Shown: positions 50,701-62,291 of the stretch, piece after piece
Numbering within the stretch: the stretch's first letter is position 1
How the letters are laid out: each line of letters begins with the position of its first letter
Source of the DNA: Harriotta raleighana
Taxonomy: Eukaryota
Assembly (NCBI GenBank): GCA_050575255.1
Contig: JBNZDD010013610.1
Span: 1,472,366 to 1,536,365, forward strand
Length of the DNA stretch: 64,000 nucleotides
Reading direction: 5' to 3'
The notes under the pieces: model-generated
What the model saw: the letters and a program-made list of their open reading frames with translations, nothing else
The model's database searches: none
What the model was told of the DNA's origin: nothing
Position numbers and translations under genes: made by a program

Positions 50701-51400
50701 TCATGTATGTTCATGCAAGAATAATAATAATTTTAAGCAGATTGTATACTCCCCCACCCATGAAAAATGAAAATAGTTTTGTCTTGCTGAATATCATCGG
50801 TAATATTTATTTAATGCAGAGTCACCCCTCCCAAATCCCCACCCCCCATCTCCACCCCCACTACACACACACATTCCCGCAGCAAATGATCAGACATGGG
50901 CTACTCACTAACTTTCCTGCTCTGCAAATTCCGTCCGTGCGGGAAATTGATTTGCAAGAGCCTGCAGCTCTTGTAAATTACTCTGAACACTATAAAAACA
51001 TGTAGCATTGATATTGATTACATTTCTGACAAGACCCCAACATACCTGATGCAGTGAAGACGACAAGATGGGAAGCGCTTGTACAAACCCCAAGGAACAA
51101 TATCCCACAAGCTAATTTCTCACTAGGAGCTGACAACCTCACAGGTGACCTAAAGCTACCAGCTCAATAACCTGACTATTTCGTTCCTTTGGGATGGGTT
51201 AAAAGGGGACCCTTGGGCTCAGTGCTGCCAGAAGCCCTGCTCTCCATACACTGTTAAAGGACACACTGCAGCTCACCACCTTTGCCTGAGCTCCTTTTCC
51301 GACGGGTGTGTGAGAGAGGGACTAGAAATCGACGACTGTGTTTGGAAAATAGAAATTTTGGCAGGAGTAAGCCTCCATGTATTCTCTTTCATCCACATAT

Positions 51401-51453
51401 GCACACACACACAGGCACATGCACCCGTACACATATACACACACACACACACA
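51401..51453. repeat. Imperfect (CA)n microsatellite
   Basis: Directly visible. Confidence 0.85.
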
Positions 51454-51930
51454 CCACATATGCCAAGAGCTGGGAAAAGTCCAATGTGTTGACTTTCTCA
51501 GAACAGATTCCCAGCCAAGATGATTCACTACTGTGTCACTAGACGTCAGATCCATCCTGCCCTTATTTCCTGAGGGCTCAGATTGTTTCTGCTCCTCCTG
51601 CATAGGCTCCTGTTGAAGAGATGCTTTTGTTGGTAGAGCGACTGCAATGCCCTCAATGTGCTGCAAAACACTATGGCAGCAGGAATTTAAAGCAATTTTT
51701 AATTGGATTAGACATAACACACTGGGTTGGGCAGGACACCTGTCCTTTACTATCTTCACAGTCCTGTTGTTTTAAATAATATCAGGAACACATGATAAGA
51801 AGTCAGGATCATTACAGCTTTTTATAGTGTACATAAACAAAAAATTTAGTGCAATTGGCAAGGATAGTACACAGGAAAAGACCTGAAGCCAATATTAGTT
51901 TGAACCAGATTCAGTCCTCTTCCATAGACC

Positions 51931-52080
51931 AATAACAACTTGCCTTTATAATGTGCCCCTCATGTAGAATAATGTCTTGGAGAGTTTCATCAAGGCTGGA
52001 CTGGATGACAAACAAGATGGAGAGGTGATCATAGGTGCTGTCGAAGGGTTAGGTTTTTAGGTAGGGCAGAGGTTTGGGGC
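51931..52080 (-). mobile_element. Old L2 3' end
   Basis: aataacaacttgcctttataatgtgcccctcatgtag..ggagaggtgatc..gtcgaagggttaggtttttagg; diverged. Confidence 0.5.
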
Positions 52081-54072
52081 ACATATGCTGAACAATAGCT
52101 CACATGGTGCCTTTGCTGGTCTGGACTGACTTTTGAATGATTATTAATTAAATCTGAGTTAGCTGAGGTGTTGTAGCCACTGGGGGTTGGTAAAATTAAA
52201 GTACTGTATTATCCAGAACCTTACCTCATCTCATTTCAACTGCACATCCAGTTTTCATTGAGTGGAAATGATTTTAATGTTTTGTCGCCAGGAAACTTCA
52301 CAACAGAGAAGCTGTAGAAGCCAGTAGAAGCTGCCAAATATTACACTTGCACTGATAGATAAACGTTTATCTTTTCCATTTTCGTCAAGGTGCTGATTCA
52401 GTGCTCCTGCAAATTAAGGCTGAAATTGACTATCATTATTTAATTATTGTAGCGCCCGCACAGCCAATGCTGTAGGAGTCCTTTCACGCCTGTCTTTCGT
52501 TTCACTGTGGTCAGTAACAGTGAGATCTCCCTTTAGAGTTCCCCAGCATAGGAGGAAACAGCTCAATTTCACCGAACAATATTTGGTTTTCCAACATTCA
52601 TAAAGATCTCCATGTTGACTCAGTGTCTACCAGTAGCGCCCATTCCTGTGGCGAAGGGAATTTCTTCCCCTTGAGCTACCGCAAACTCATTTTACATGAG
52701 ATTCCACCTTTGTTCTTAATGACCCTCTGTAAGTCCTTTAAATGACTAAAATTATTGAATCATAGCACCTTGGGGGCACGAGACAGCAGGCAATCCTACC
52801 AGGTCATCAGTCCACCAACACTGTGTTAGTTTTGGCTCCAAACTATCCAGAGACTACTTGTTTAAATCTATCTTCTCTTCCCTGGACAGAAGCCAAGCTA
52901 AATAATAATCCCAAATCAACCCTTTTCACTGGGGGTGAGGAGCCTGCATAAAAGTGTTTGTACAGGGTTAAAATCCATTCACATGAAGGTTAGCAAAGAC
53001 CTTTCCTTACAGCTGTTTACCTTTAGAATAAAACTACACTCTGTCAATGTGCAGAACTTGAGTAACTTAATCAGAATCCGCGCTATCCAATTATCTAAGA
53101 TGCCAAATTGAACGAAGTTGAGACTGTTAGAAAGTTTGGATGGACTTTCCCAGCTGGGGATAAAGCACACCTCGAAGTTAAGATCCACTCCCCTGCTAGA
53201 AGGCGCAACCCAGTCCAACTTTATTGGGTGCCAGCTCTCATGTTCTCTTAAGGAGTAATTAGCTCCTTCATCAATAACCATCCACTGAGGAGTTTCCCAT
53301 GCAGCACCGAGCAACCGGCTGATGGGAGGTCGTGTTGGAAGCTCCCTTTTGCCGGTGTATTTTTTGTTCCCGGAGTTTACAGAAATGCTTGCATTTCAAG
53401 TCTCCGCCAAGCAACATTTTTGTTCCGTGTTTTCTTTCCTCACAGAATGTCACACAGCTGTAATGTTTTATTGATTGCAATAAAATGAAAATCGCACGGT
53501 GCAAAACCTAAATAGAGGTTAATGCCATCCTGGAGGCATTCTGTCCAAGCCTAAACATGTGTCTGTACCAGTAGAAAGTTAACCCCATGCATACTGAATA
53601 AGCAACTGCCTCTACACAAGCCCACCAATGTTCAAGACAGGGAATAAAAGCCTGTGAAGTTACTGTCACGGGTTTGGCACAGTGCAGAAAGAATGTATCT
53701 CGGAATAAAACGGAGCAGAAATCAACATAATTAGATTGCATTAGAAAATGGTTTGTCAAATCCAAGCAGCTGGTGACTGCTTTCGGAAGCTAGAGCAGCT
53801 CTATACGATGATACGAAAGCTAGGTATAGACAATTATCGAAGAGGACAACTGTCTTATTTTGCACACAGAAGATTTGATTTGTTTACTGGCTTAAGACTG
53901 AAGGCTGGATTCTTTCCTCTTCTCTGTGTGTTGACACACTGTGCGTTGGGTTGGAAATCCACTTGTGCATTATATTCGTACTTCCCCTTCCCATGTCGCA
54001 AAAAGAAGATGAAAAGTTTGAAGTGTGAACCAATTCATCTTCACACATGTTGCCGGCCTGCGCTGCTGTTTT

Positions 54073-54132
54073 CAGTGCCCTGAGATACTAACCCTTTTCA
54101 AGGGTATTATATAAATGCAAGTTGCTGTTGTT
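54073..54132 (+). mobile_element. L2/SINE 3' tail, (ttg)n type
   Basis: cagtgccctgagatacta..aagggtattatataaatgcaagttgctgttgtt. Confidence 0.6.
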
Positions 54133-54976
54133 TTTTCCCATGATGAGCTTTTACTGGGACAGTGTAAGGAATTCTACAAGCCTGCGATTCCACCTGTTGT
54201 TGACCCGTAAGGGATTTCCAATCTCTCCCCAACTTTAAAGCCCCGCTTAAAACCTGTTCAGCTGTTCTTTCAGTTACCTTTATCCATCCCCATGCCCCCA
54301 ACCACCACCCACCCCACTACCAATTGGACATCCAGTCGGTTGTGTGAAACGCTGTGACACTGAGTAAATCTAGATTTTTTTTTGTAAGGCCATGATTAAG
54401 CTTAAAATCGAAGATCGAGCAAGATTGTGGAAAATGTTTTAAAGTCAGTCTTAATTTGGAATTGTTTTGTTTTTCGGCAGTTCTTTAAAGAGTATAAATA
54501 AGAATGGTGTGAAAATAGGAATAAATTCCACAATGCTGACAAGCCGTTGTGTTCACCTTATCAGATAGACATTGAATATATCCTCAGTGTTCATCACTCC
54601 TAGCATTCGTGATTCTGTTTGTTTGTTATTTAAGGCCGGTAAATAATGTCCACTTAAGGCTGACGATTTCATGCCCACCTGGTCCTGAAAAGGGAGAAGC
54701 CTGTCTTAGCCAAAGGTCGTTAATCAAGGTGAAAATTTACTGTAAAGTTTACTTCAAACATCAGTACTTTTTACGCAAACTTTTTTTTTCTCTCTGAACT
54801 AAATCAACTCCAGACTCGCTTCCAAGTACGATGCACCATTTTAACAAGATGAGTGGCATCAGGTGGCAACAGACAGTACAGTTTGACAGTGCTTAGGACA
54901 TTGTCTGTTTGATGTGAATTAGCAGGTAAAGTCATTTTATGCCTGTCGATGTGATGATATTTTAACCATTACGTTA

Positions 54977-55031
54977 CAGGATCCGCCTGACGTGAAAGGC
55001 GCTCCACAAATTAATTTTGTTGCTGTTGTTC
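54977..55031 (+). mobile_element. L2 extreme 3' end
   Basis: atccgcctgacgtgaaaggcgctccacaaattaattttgttgctgttgtt. Confidence 0.7.
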
Positions 55032-55333
55032 TTCTTGCCCAAGGGTGTAACAAACTGTATTACAGCTTTAGACCATGGAATAATTAGTACAGGCCTAGTG
55101 AGAATGTCTTTGGTATTGTTGTAAACTGGGCCAGAAGCTCCTGAATGTAAACAGAACTGCAAGTGGTCACATTTACAAATTAGTTTGGAATTAAATGTGT
55201 ACCATGATAGGTGCGAGATGCATGGAGCTGATTTAATGGGGAGCTGTGTCATTTTGCTGGCGCTTTACAATGAGTGAAAGTGAAACTTAAGTGCATTTGA
55301 AAGCTGAAGCTTTCTTTCACACCTTATAACTTT

Positions 55334-55723
55334 TAATGATCCTTACATTTGATATAGCGCCATGTCACATCATCAATACATCTCAAAGCGCTTCCCAGGA
55401 TTTTGCTGTAGTCAAGTGAGTTTGTATTTTGTGGGTGAACACAACAGCCACTTTGTCGTGCAGCAATGCCCCACAACCAGCCATGAAGCGAACAACCCAT
55501 TTTATCCATAGAATTGGTTGACCAGGACAATGGAAGAAATTCCCTTCACTTTTCAAACAGGATTTTTCTCATCTCACCTGGAGGGTGACACCTCTGTTCA
55601 TAGCGCTCACCCCAGCACTACGTTGGACTGTCAACCTGGGCTATGAGTTCAAAGTCTTGATTTGGGGCTTGAACCCACAACCTTCTGGTCAGGGGCAAGA
55701 TTATGACCAACTGAGTTAAGTGG
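55334..55723 (-). mobile_element. Deu-domain tRNA-SINE, near full length
   Basis: atccttacatttgatatagcgcc..acatctcaaagcgcttc..gcagcaatgccccacaaccagcc..head ggggcttgaacccacaaccttctgg..gaccaactgag. Confidence 0.85.
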
Positions 55724-57203
55724 GTACGGTTAACATTATTGATAACATTATCAACGTAGTTAAAATCTGTTTTGCAACCTTCTTTGAAACAATTTTTAAA
55801 TCATTGTGAAGGTGGAAAGTGGTTGAAGTAAATACTTATTTAAATCCTTCCTTGAGTTACAACGCAGAGTTCTGCAATTCACTGATATGCATTTGTATGA
55901 TTTAGGAGGTATAAATTGGTTGTGTATTTTTGAGGTGCTGTTTAAAAATACATGGACTGAGTGTATCAATGCACCGACAGTTCAATCAATTTGAATCGGT
56001 AAAAAGGGCTTCATACCTTCAACGTTTTGGCTTGCTTGGGCCAGCAAAATTAATGACGAATAATCCCTCTTGATATTCTGACAGGTGTCAACTGTGGTAA
56101 AATTGTGCTTGGATTAATAATCCAGGATGGTATTAAGGGACAATATATGGAGAATGTTTCTAATGCATTTCTCAGACCACATTGTCAGACTGGCTCACTG
56201 GATTGTCCATCAACAGTGACAAATATTTTAAAAGCACACAGGCTAAATGTTGCCACTTAGATCCAGTAAGTTTTTTTTAAGTATAACCAGAATTTTTGAT
56301 GAATACAGTTTTTTTTACAGTAATCTCTGGAAGTAAAACCTCTTTTGAAGTCATCAGGATTCCCACTAATCCAAGTGTTTTAATAAAATAGATTAGATAC
56401 AGGATTTTTTAAAAAAAAAATTGGAGGGGGTGTAGTGGGGGGGGGGGTTGAGTGAACCAGGAACAGCTGTTGAAAATGAAGGATATTAAACCATGCCGCA
56501 TTGGTGTGGCCCGTTTTGTGAATCGCTTTGTAGACAGACTGTTACTGTCCACGATATAAATGTGGACCAAAAGTCTTTTAAAGCCTCCTTGACACTACTC
56601 CGCGTGAAGGACACTATATAAGGTCCGACCATAGCCTTTGAATGAAGGTTTAATCCAAGTGAAGCCTTCTGTTTGTACAACGCAGTAATAAGACCTCGCC
56701 CCACCCAAGCCGAGAGTGGGTTTGCTTGGATCCACCATGGACTCTCGCCAACCAAGAGCATGTTGCACATGGTTTGACAAATTGGCATCCTGTACCAAAA
56801 AGCCTGATTTTTACCAAAGAAGAGTTGTCACTAATGTGTGATATTCTGCTGCCAAAAGAGACCCTTAGCTCGTGCGTCCAACAATCTCCTGCTACACCAC
56901 AGCAACGTTTCTCCAGATATCCAGAATAACCATTTCCATTGGGAAATTCCAATGTAGCAATCTGTTGAAGTCAAACTTTTGCCGTTGGTTTTTTAAATTC
57001 CTCTTTCTGGGGCACTCCACCATCCAAGTCGAAGTTTGTGAGTCCTATGTAAGGACGTCTGATCTCAAACTGCTGAAGATTTTTTGTGAAATAGAGCACA
57101 GGTCGTGAAGCGCTGGCTGCCAATATCAGTACAGTTTCCTTTATCTTCCAATTATACTTTTCTCGACTGGTCCGCAGTTTCACTGGTCTGAAATGAAAAA
57201 AAA

Positions 57204-57320
57204 GCTGTGTATAAGCCTTGCAACTCTATCAGCAACGAGTAAAAACTGGAGCCCTCGGAATCACTCCCANGCTGTGTATAAGCCTTGCAACTCTATCAGC
57301 AACGAGTAAAAACTGGAGCC
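57204..57320. other. 50-bp direct duplication around a single N (probable assembly overlap)
   Basis: 57204-57253 is identical to 57271-57320; 16 unrelated bases, then N at 57270. Confidence 0.9.
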
Positions 57321-58327
57321 TTCTGCGTCTTCTCTGATGTACATCAGCAGTTCCAGTAAGCAAGGGAACAGACATGCGGTGACGTGGTCCCTGGCATCTA
57401 GCCCAGGGCCACATGTTGCCCAGTGCATCTCTTTTGCTCTGTGAATGTGTAAAAACGTGGCCATTATGTTAAGAGAAACCAAAGTTTAATTGCGTTAGAC
57501 TGAATACACTTTGCCTGTAATGAATAGAGCTTTTATTCCCATCTCAGTAATTCTACTCTGCATTTTCCGCTTGCCACTTCCTTGTTGGTGTGAATTGGCT
57601 TCACCCCGTTTGGTTGTCAAGCTCCAATTTTAAGGCTACCTAAACAGTTGCATTAAAGTAGCGGGAATTAAATAGTCCCTACAAATTTAAATAGCGAGCG
57701 AGCAGACAAAAAAAGGAGATGGGTGTAATGCTTTTTTAAAAAAAAACTCCAGTGTTTAGTAAGAAAATTAGCCCTTGACATTAGAGTGTTATTAATGGAG
57801 GGGCTAAGCAGGAGGGGTGCATGGGCATGGGGGTGATGGGGGAGTGGAAAAGGAGATCAGCCAAATGAAAATAGAAAAGTATTAGTAATTAGATAAAGAA
57901 TTAGTTTGAAGAAAGACCTTTTTTTTTGCCTTTGTCTTTATGCATTGCCATTATCCCCATAGAAACTGTAAAATGATTCAGCCATTTAAGCTCCATCTCA
58001 CTTCCTGACCTAATTTAAAACGCAGTCGAGTTTGAAAACGTGACCATTTTAAGATACCAAATGAGAAGAGAATTTTCAGATCACCTTTAACAAGTCTCTT
58101 ATTTCCAGCAATCATATTGTGTCTATGTCTTCTTGTTTTATGGTCTTGATATGTTCTAAAATTTGTAAACTTTTTCGATCCTATTTAAAATGTTGTACAC
58201 CTCTCAGCAAGGATTTTATGTAGGTGTACAAAAATGCAAATGGGATTGAAAAGTAAACCCAAATCAATATCTTAGGATATATCAAGACAGTAGGATAAAA
58301 AGTTGAATAAGGGTATTTTTAGGATGT

Positions 58328-58522
58328 GTCTCAGGAAGTTATTTTTTATGTAGAGGGTAATGATAGAACAGGTTGCTAGGAAAGGTATTAGAGGCTAGGA
58401 TACTGTGACTCATTTAAAAAGCAGCTTGATGCTGTGGTGATGGAGGGTGGGGTGTAGAGTGAGTGTTCCAGAGGGATGAGATCAGAACTGCTGAAGGGCC
58501 TTCTACATCCAGACAAATCTTG
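58328..58522 (+). mobile_element. CR1 LINE 3' end (ORF2 C-terminus relic)
   Basis: aggaagttattttttatgtagagggta..gaacaggttgctaggaaaggtattagaggct..catttaaaaagcagcttgatgc reads as degraded RKLFFxxRV..NRL..V.EA..FKKQLD, followed by a CR1-type tail (ctgaagggccttct). Confidence 0.7.
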
Positions 58523-58954
58523 GACGCTTGTAAAAATACGCCGAACATTTTGTTTGCAGTATCTCTACTGAGATCTATTGCTAAATATTATGAACAGAAT
58601 CCTAAGGCTCGTACTGTACTTTGGAGACTCAACTGATCAAAACTGTTCTCCCCTGAGATCCATTGTCATCAATAATTATTCTTTGCTTACTATTCTGGAA
58701 CAATTCTTAACCTACACTTAACAGATTGGGTGTGGAGTTCAGACAGAGAATTGAAGGACAAGTTAATGTTTTTTCCCCAGGAAAGCCAGAAATATAGAAA
58801 CTGTCAGCAATGAAGGAAATCATTCATCCACTGTGTGTGTCACACTGCTACCTCTGTGGTTTTTAAGGTCGTCCTTTTCATTAATCCCACTTTGCAGGTC
58901 TGTTTCCCCATATCCCTTTACTGAAATCAGGCACATGTGAGATAACCACTACAA

Positions 58955-59232
58955 TCATCCACAAATACAGGGGTGCAGTAAAATCCTATAAAGTGCTTTG
59001 AGATGTTTTGATGATGTGATAAAGCTTTGAGACATTTCAGGGATCAAATGCAAGGATTATTAGATATAATTAATCCCTGGTTCTTCAGATAGGCAGTCTG
59101 CCTCATTGTTGTTGTTTCCATTTATTCCTAAAATAATTCCTGGAACTGAAAATGTTTCCTCTTCCTTAGGCCAATGTGATAAGGCGCTAAATCAAACGCA
59201 AGGAGTATTATTATTATATTTATTATTATTAT
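58955..59232 (+). mobile_element. Two SINE 3' tail fragments (about 58955-59065 and 59172-59232)
   Basis: catccacaaatac..aagtgctttgagatg..atcaaatgcaaggattatt; tgtgataaggcgctaaatcaaacgcaaggagtattatt. Confidence 0.75.
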
Positions 59233-59309
59233 CAGTCTTCTTCCTCTACTATGAATAAAATCCCTCTACCCACCAACAGAAGAGTAAATGCTTTGCTGCT
59301 GAGAGGATG

Positions 59310-59376
59310 AGGTGGGTGGGGGTTGGTTGTGTGTGTGTGGGGAGGGGTGGGGGGTGGGCGAGTGGGTGAGGGGGGG
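59310..59376 (+). other. G-rich tract with G-quadruplex potential
   Basis: More than four runs of three or more G with short loops (gggtgggg...ggggaggggtggggggtgggcgagtgggtgaggggggg). Confidence 0.6.
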
Positions 59377-62246
59377 AAACAAGGGAGAAAGCCAAAGCAG
59401 GTTACACTACTGCAAATATCGATTGCTCCATTGCTAAGTATTTTTTGAAGGAGGCAGTAGTCAGGAATTATCTCCAGGGTGTCTACCTATTTCGATATAT
59501 TCCAAGGGTTAGTGTCTCAGTTACAGGTTCTTCAGAGGTGAAGAGCGAGCTGCTGATTTCTCTCTTTGTAGCCAGGAGGCTTATCATTATGGGATGTAAA
59601 TTCAGTAACCTTCCCTCTAAACAGCAGTGGATCAGTTGCTTCCAGCACAATGCGGGGTGGAAAGGGCTAACTATTTGAGAGAATCTGATGCTCATGGGAG
59701 CAATTTATGGGCCTGTAATGTCAGGGGCGCGAGGAGTGGGAGAGTGGGGCTGGGGGAACAAGAGGCAATGTGACCTGAACCAAGAGAGGAGATGATAGTG
59801 AATGCTGCCTTCCTTCAATATCTATTACCCAACTGGGATGAACAAGCATACACTGAAGCTCCTCATTTAGTAAACATGAATTCAGGAGGCATTGCAATTG
59901 ATGCTGATCCACGGTTGGGCAGGAATTCTCTATTAACACCAATAAGAGAAGGTAATTTACTCCATGACCCAGAAAGTAGTGGCTTAAATAGTTAAAGAGG
60001 CTCAGATGAAAATCTAGTTTTTTGTTATCATAAAACCCAGCGCTTATGAGAGGTTTATCTACTCCTGTCCTGACAGATGTATGTTGCCGTGCGTAGCGAT
60101 CCCTCCCAAGTTCATGTTGAAAATCTCAATAAAGCCAACGTAATGTATTGCTTTTAGTGATTGGCAAGCGTTTCTGTTGATGACACTATTTACCTAACTC
60201 AGTGTTAGCTTTTATGATCAGAAAGGACTCTGAGATAGTTGCCAGCAAAGGCACAGAGCAAAGCTTTGCTCAACCCCTAGTTTCTAGGGAATCCATTGCA
60301 TCAAATAACCCGTGCGTCTCTCAGTAATCAGGTCAGGTCACTCAATGCAATAAATTCCATATGCCTTTGAGGTCCATTTTGCATTTAATACAAAACTCCA
60401 ATCAGACATGATGTGATATTTGGGTGTATTTCAGGCACTATATTGAGCAGATCGTGTCTGGATTTTGTTTTGTGTGTGAACATCAAATATTTTCACATTG
60501 GCAGGATTTTTTATGTACTGTTTATAGGTCCTTGTTTGCTATTTTCTCAAATAAAAAAAATGTTTGCAATTAAACCCCCCTTTTTTGAAGAGGCAACAAA
60601 AAAAGGAATCAATTTCCCTGTATGATTCAGTCTGTTAGTAACATTCTGTGTCATTTGCAAACACCAAATGAGCTGCGTTGTGCAATTTAAGTTCAAAGAC
60701 ATGTGTTTGCATCGTCTTGAGCAGTTGTAAAAGATTATTATCGCTAAAAATGTTTTTAAAATATTTTAATTATAGTCCTAGAAGGAGATCATTTCACTCC
60801 TATTATATTTCAAAGGTTATGTTTGAAGTATGTTATTCTAATGCCAGTAGAAGTATAATGAATCCTCATTTGTATACAAAGGCTCAACAGACGCCACTGT
60901 GCAGCCAGGCGTCTCTCTCTTGCACAGCACCCAGTAAAACAAAGGCTGGTGGCAGGCAAGTGTCTGTTGAATGCTTTTGGTGACACAACCCAGTTAGTAT
61001 GCTAATTCAGCTCCCGCATTATAAATTCAGATCAGCTTCTCTTTCCTAGAGCCTTGTATTATAGCAGCGGCTGCGATATTTAATTGCTAATTTCTTGCAT
61101 GCATTACAGACTTACAGACACACACATACACACACACACGCATACAGTCTCTGCCTTCCCTCGGCAAGACAGAACATTTCTCCGTGCTTGACCCAGACTT
61201 TGTAAAGGTGAGTAGCACTGCTGTTACAGCGATTGGCGGATGCCTTTTCCTGGTGCCAGCCTTTATTATGTAATTTCCTGTTCGCAAAATGATGATTCTC
61301 ATACTTCAATGTGTACGGGCAGATTGCTTCTGTCTGCAGTCCTGAAAACTTACTTTGCGGTTGCTAAAACACAAGGGATTCTAAGCCCTTTCTCCATGTG
61401 AACTTTGATGTCATGGAGAATGCAGTACGGACCTTTTTTGTTAATGAAACTGGAGCCGGTGCCTGAGAGGTTCCCATTGACGGGACAATGTTTGTATTGA
61501 TACAGTAGAATACCAATTCACTATGGGCACACTCGCTTGGTAACCTGCCAACCTCCCCTCCCCCCTTCCTCCCCCAGAACTCCCCAACAATGTCGTCAGC
61601 ACTGGTGACTTATTGGTTCTCTCCTGCAGCCCCCAGAGCAAGCACACACAGAAATTCCTGTTGAGACCCGGGCACAATCACAGCTCTGAAACAAGTGGCT
61701 GGATCAATGGTGTGCCATTATTCAGCGCTATAATTCATTTCACTGGCATTGGCAATGGGCCAAAGCCGTGCTTTCTCTTCTCTTGCTCTCGCTTCCTTTT
61801 CACTTCAAAACATTTGGCACGGCTGCAGCTTCCTCAATGCTTTATGCCTCTCGCTCCAGCTCCCTTTCGGAAATCTCTCGACACGTTTTAAAACATTTTT
61901 TTTTTTGCTCGCATGCAGTTAGCTTTACTTACGAGAAAAAGCGACGTGATCCTCTCCTCCCGTTCCCTTCACGTTCCAGTCGCTGCATGACTGCAAAATG
62001 AGTGGATGCATCGCAGGCGTTTGCATAGCCACAGCATTAGAACAGCAATCATGTATTACCTTGCCGCTCTCTTGTCACAGAGCCAAGGAAAACCTCTGTT
62101 ACGTAGCAGCCACCTCCTGTTCCCTGTGCCGTGAGTCATTTTTTTTTAACGTTGCCATACCCCTACGTAGCAAGAATGCGTACTTCCTGTGCCTGTGGAG
62201 ATGTCCTACCACCTCGCTCACTCATTTAGCTGGGTTGCTCCCCCCT

Positions 62247-62291
62247 ACTCTCTCTCTCTCTCTCTCTCTCTTTCTTTCTCTCTCTCTCTCT
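62247..62291. repeat. (CT)n microsatellite
   Basis: Directly visible. Confidence 0.95.

Noticed and set aside
50505-51005. 166-aa ORF on the plus strand
   Set aside because: Begins inside an antisense Deu-SINE and runs through simple repeats; no protein-like features.
56486-57183. Cluster of overlapping ORFs suggesting coding sequence
   Set aside because: ORFs occur in several frames on both strands with no homology I recognise, and the region includes a retroposon-tail-like segment near 56580-56622.
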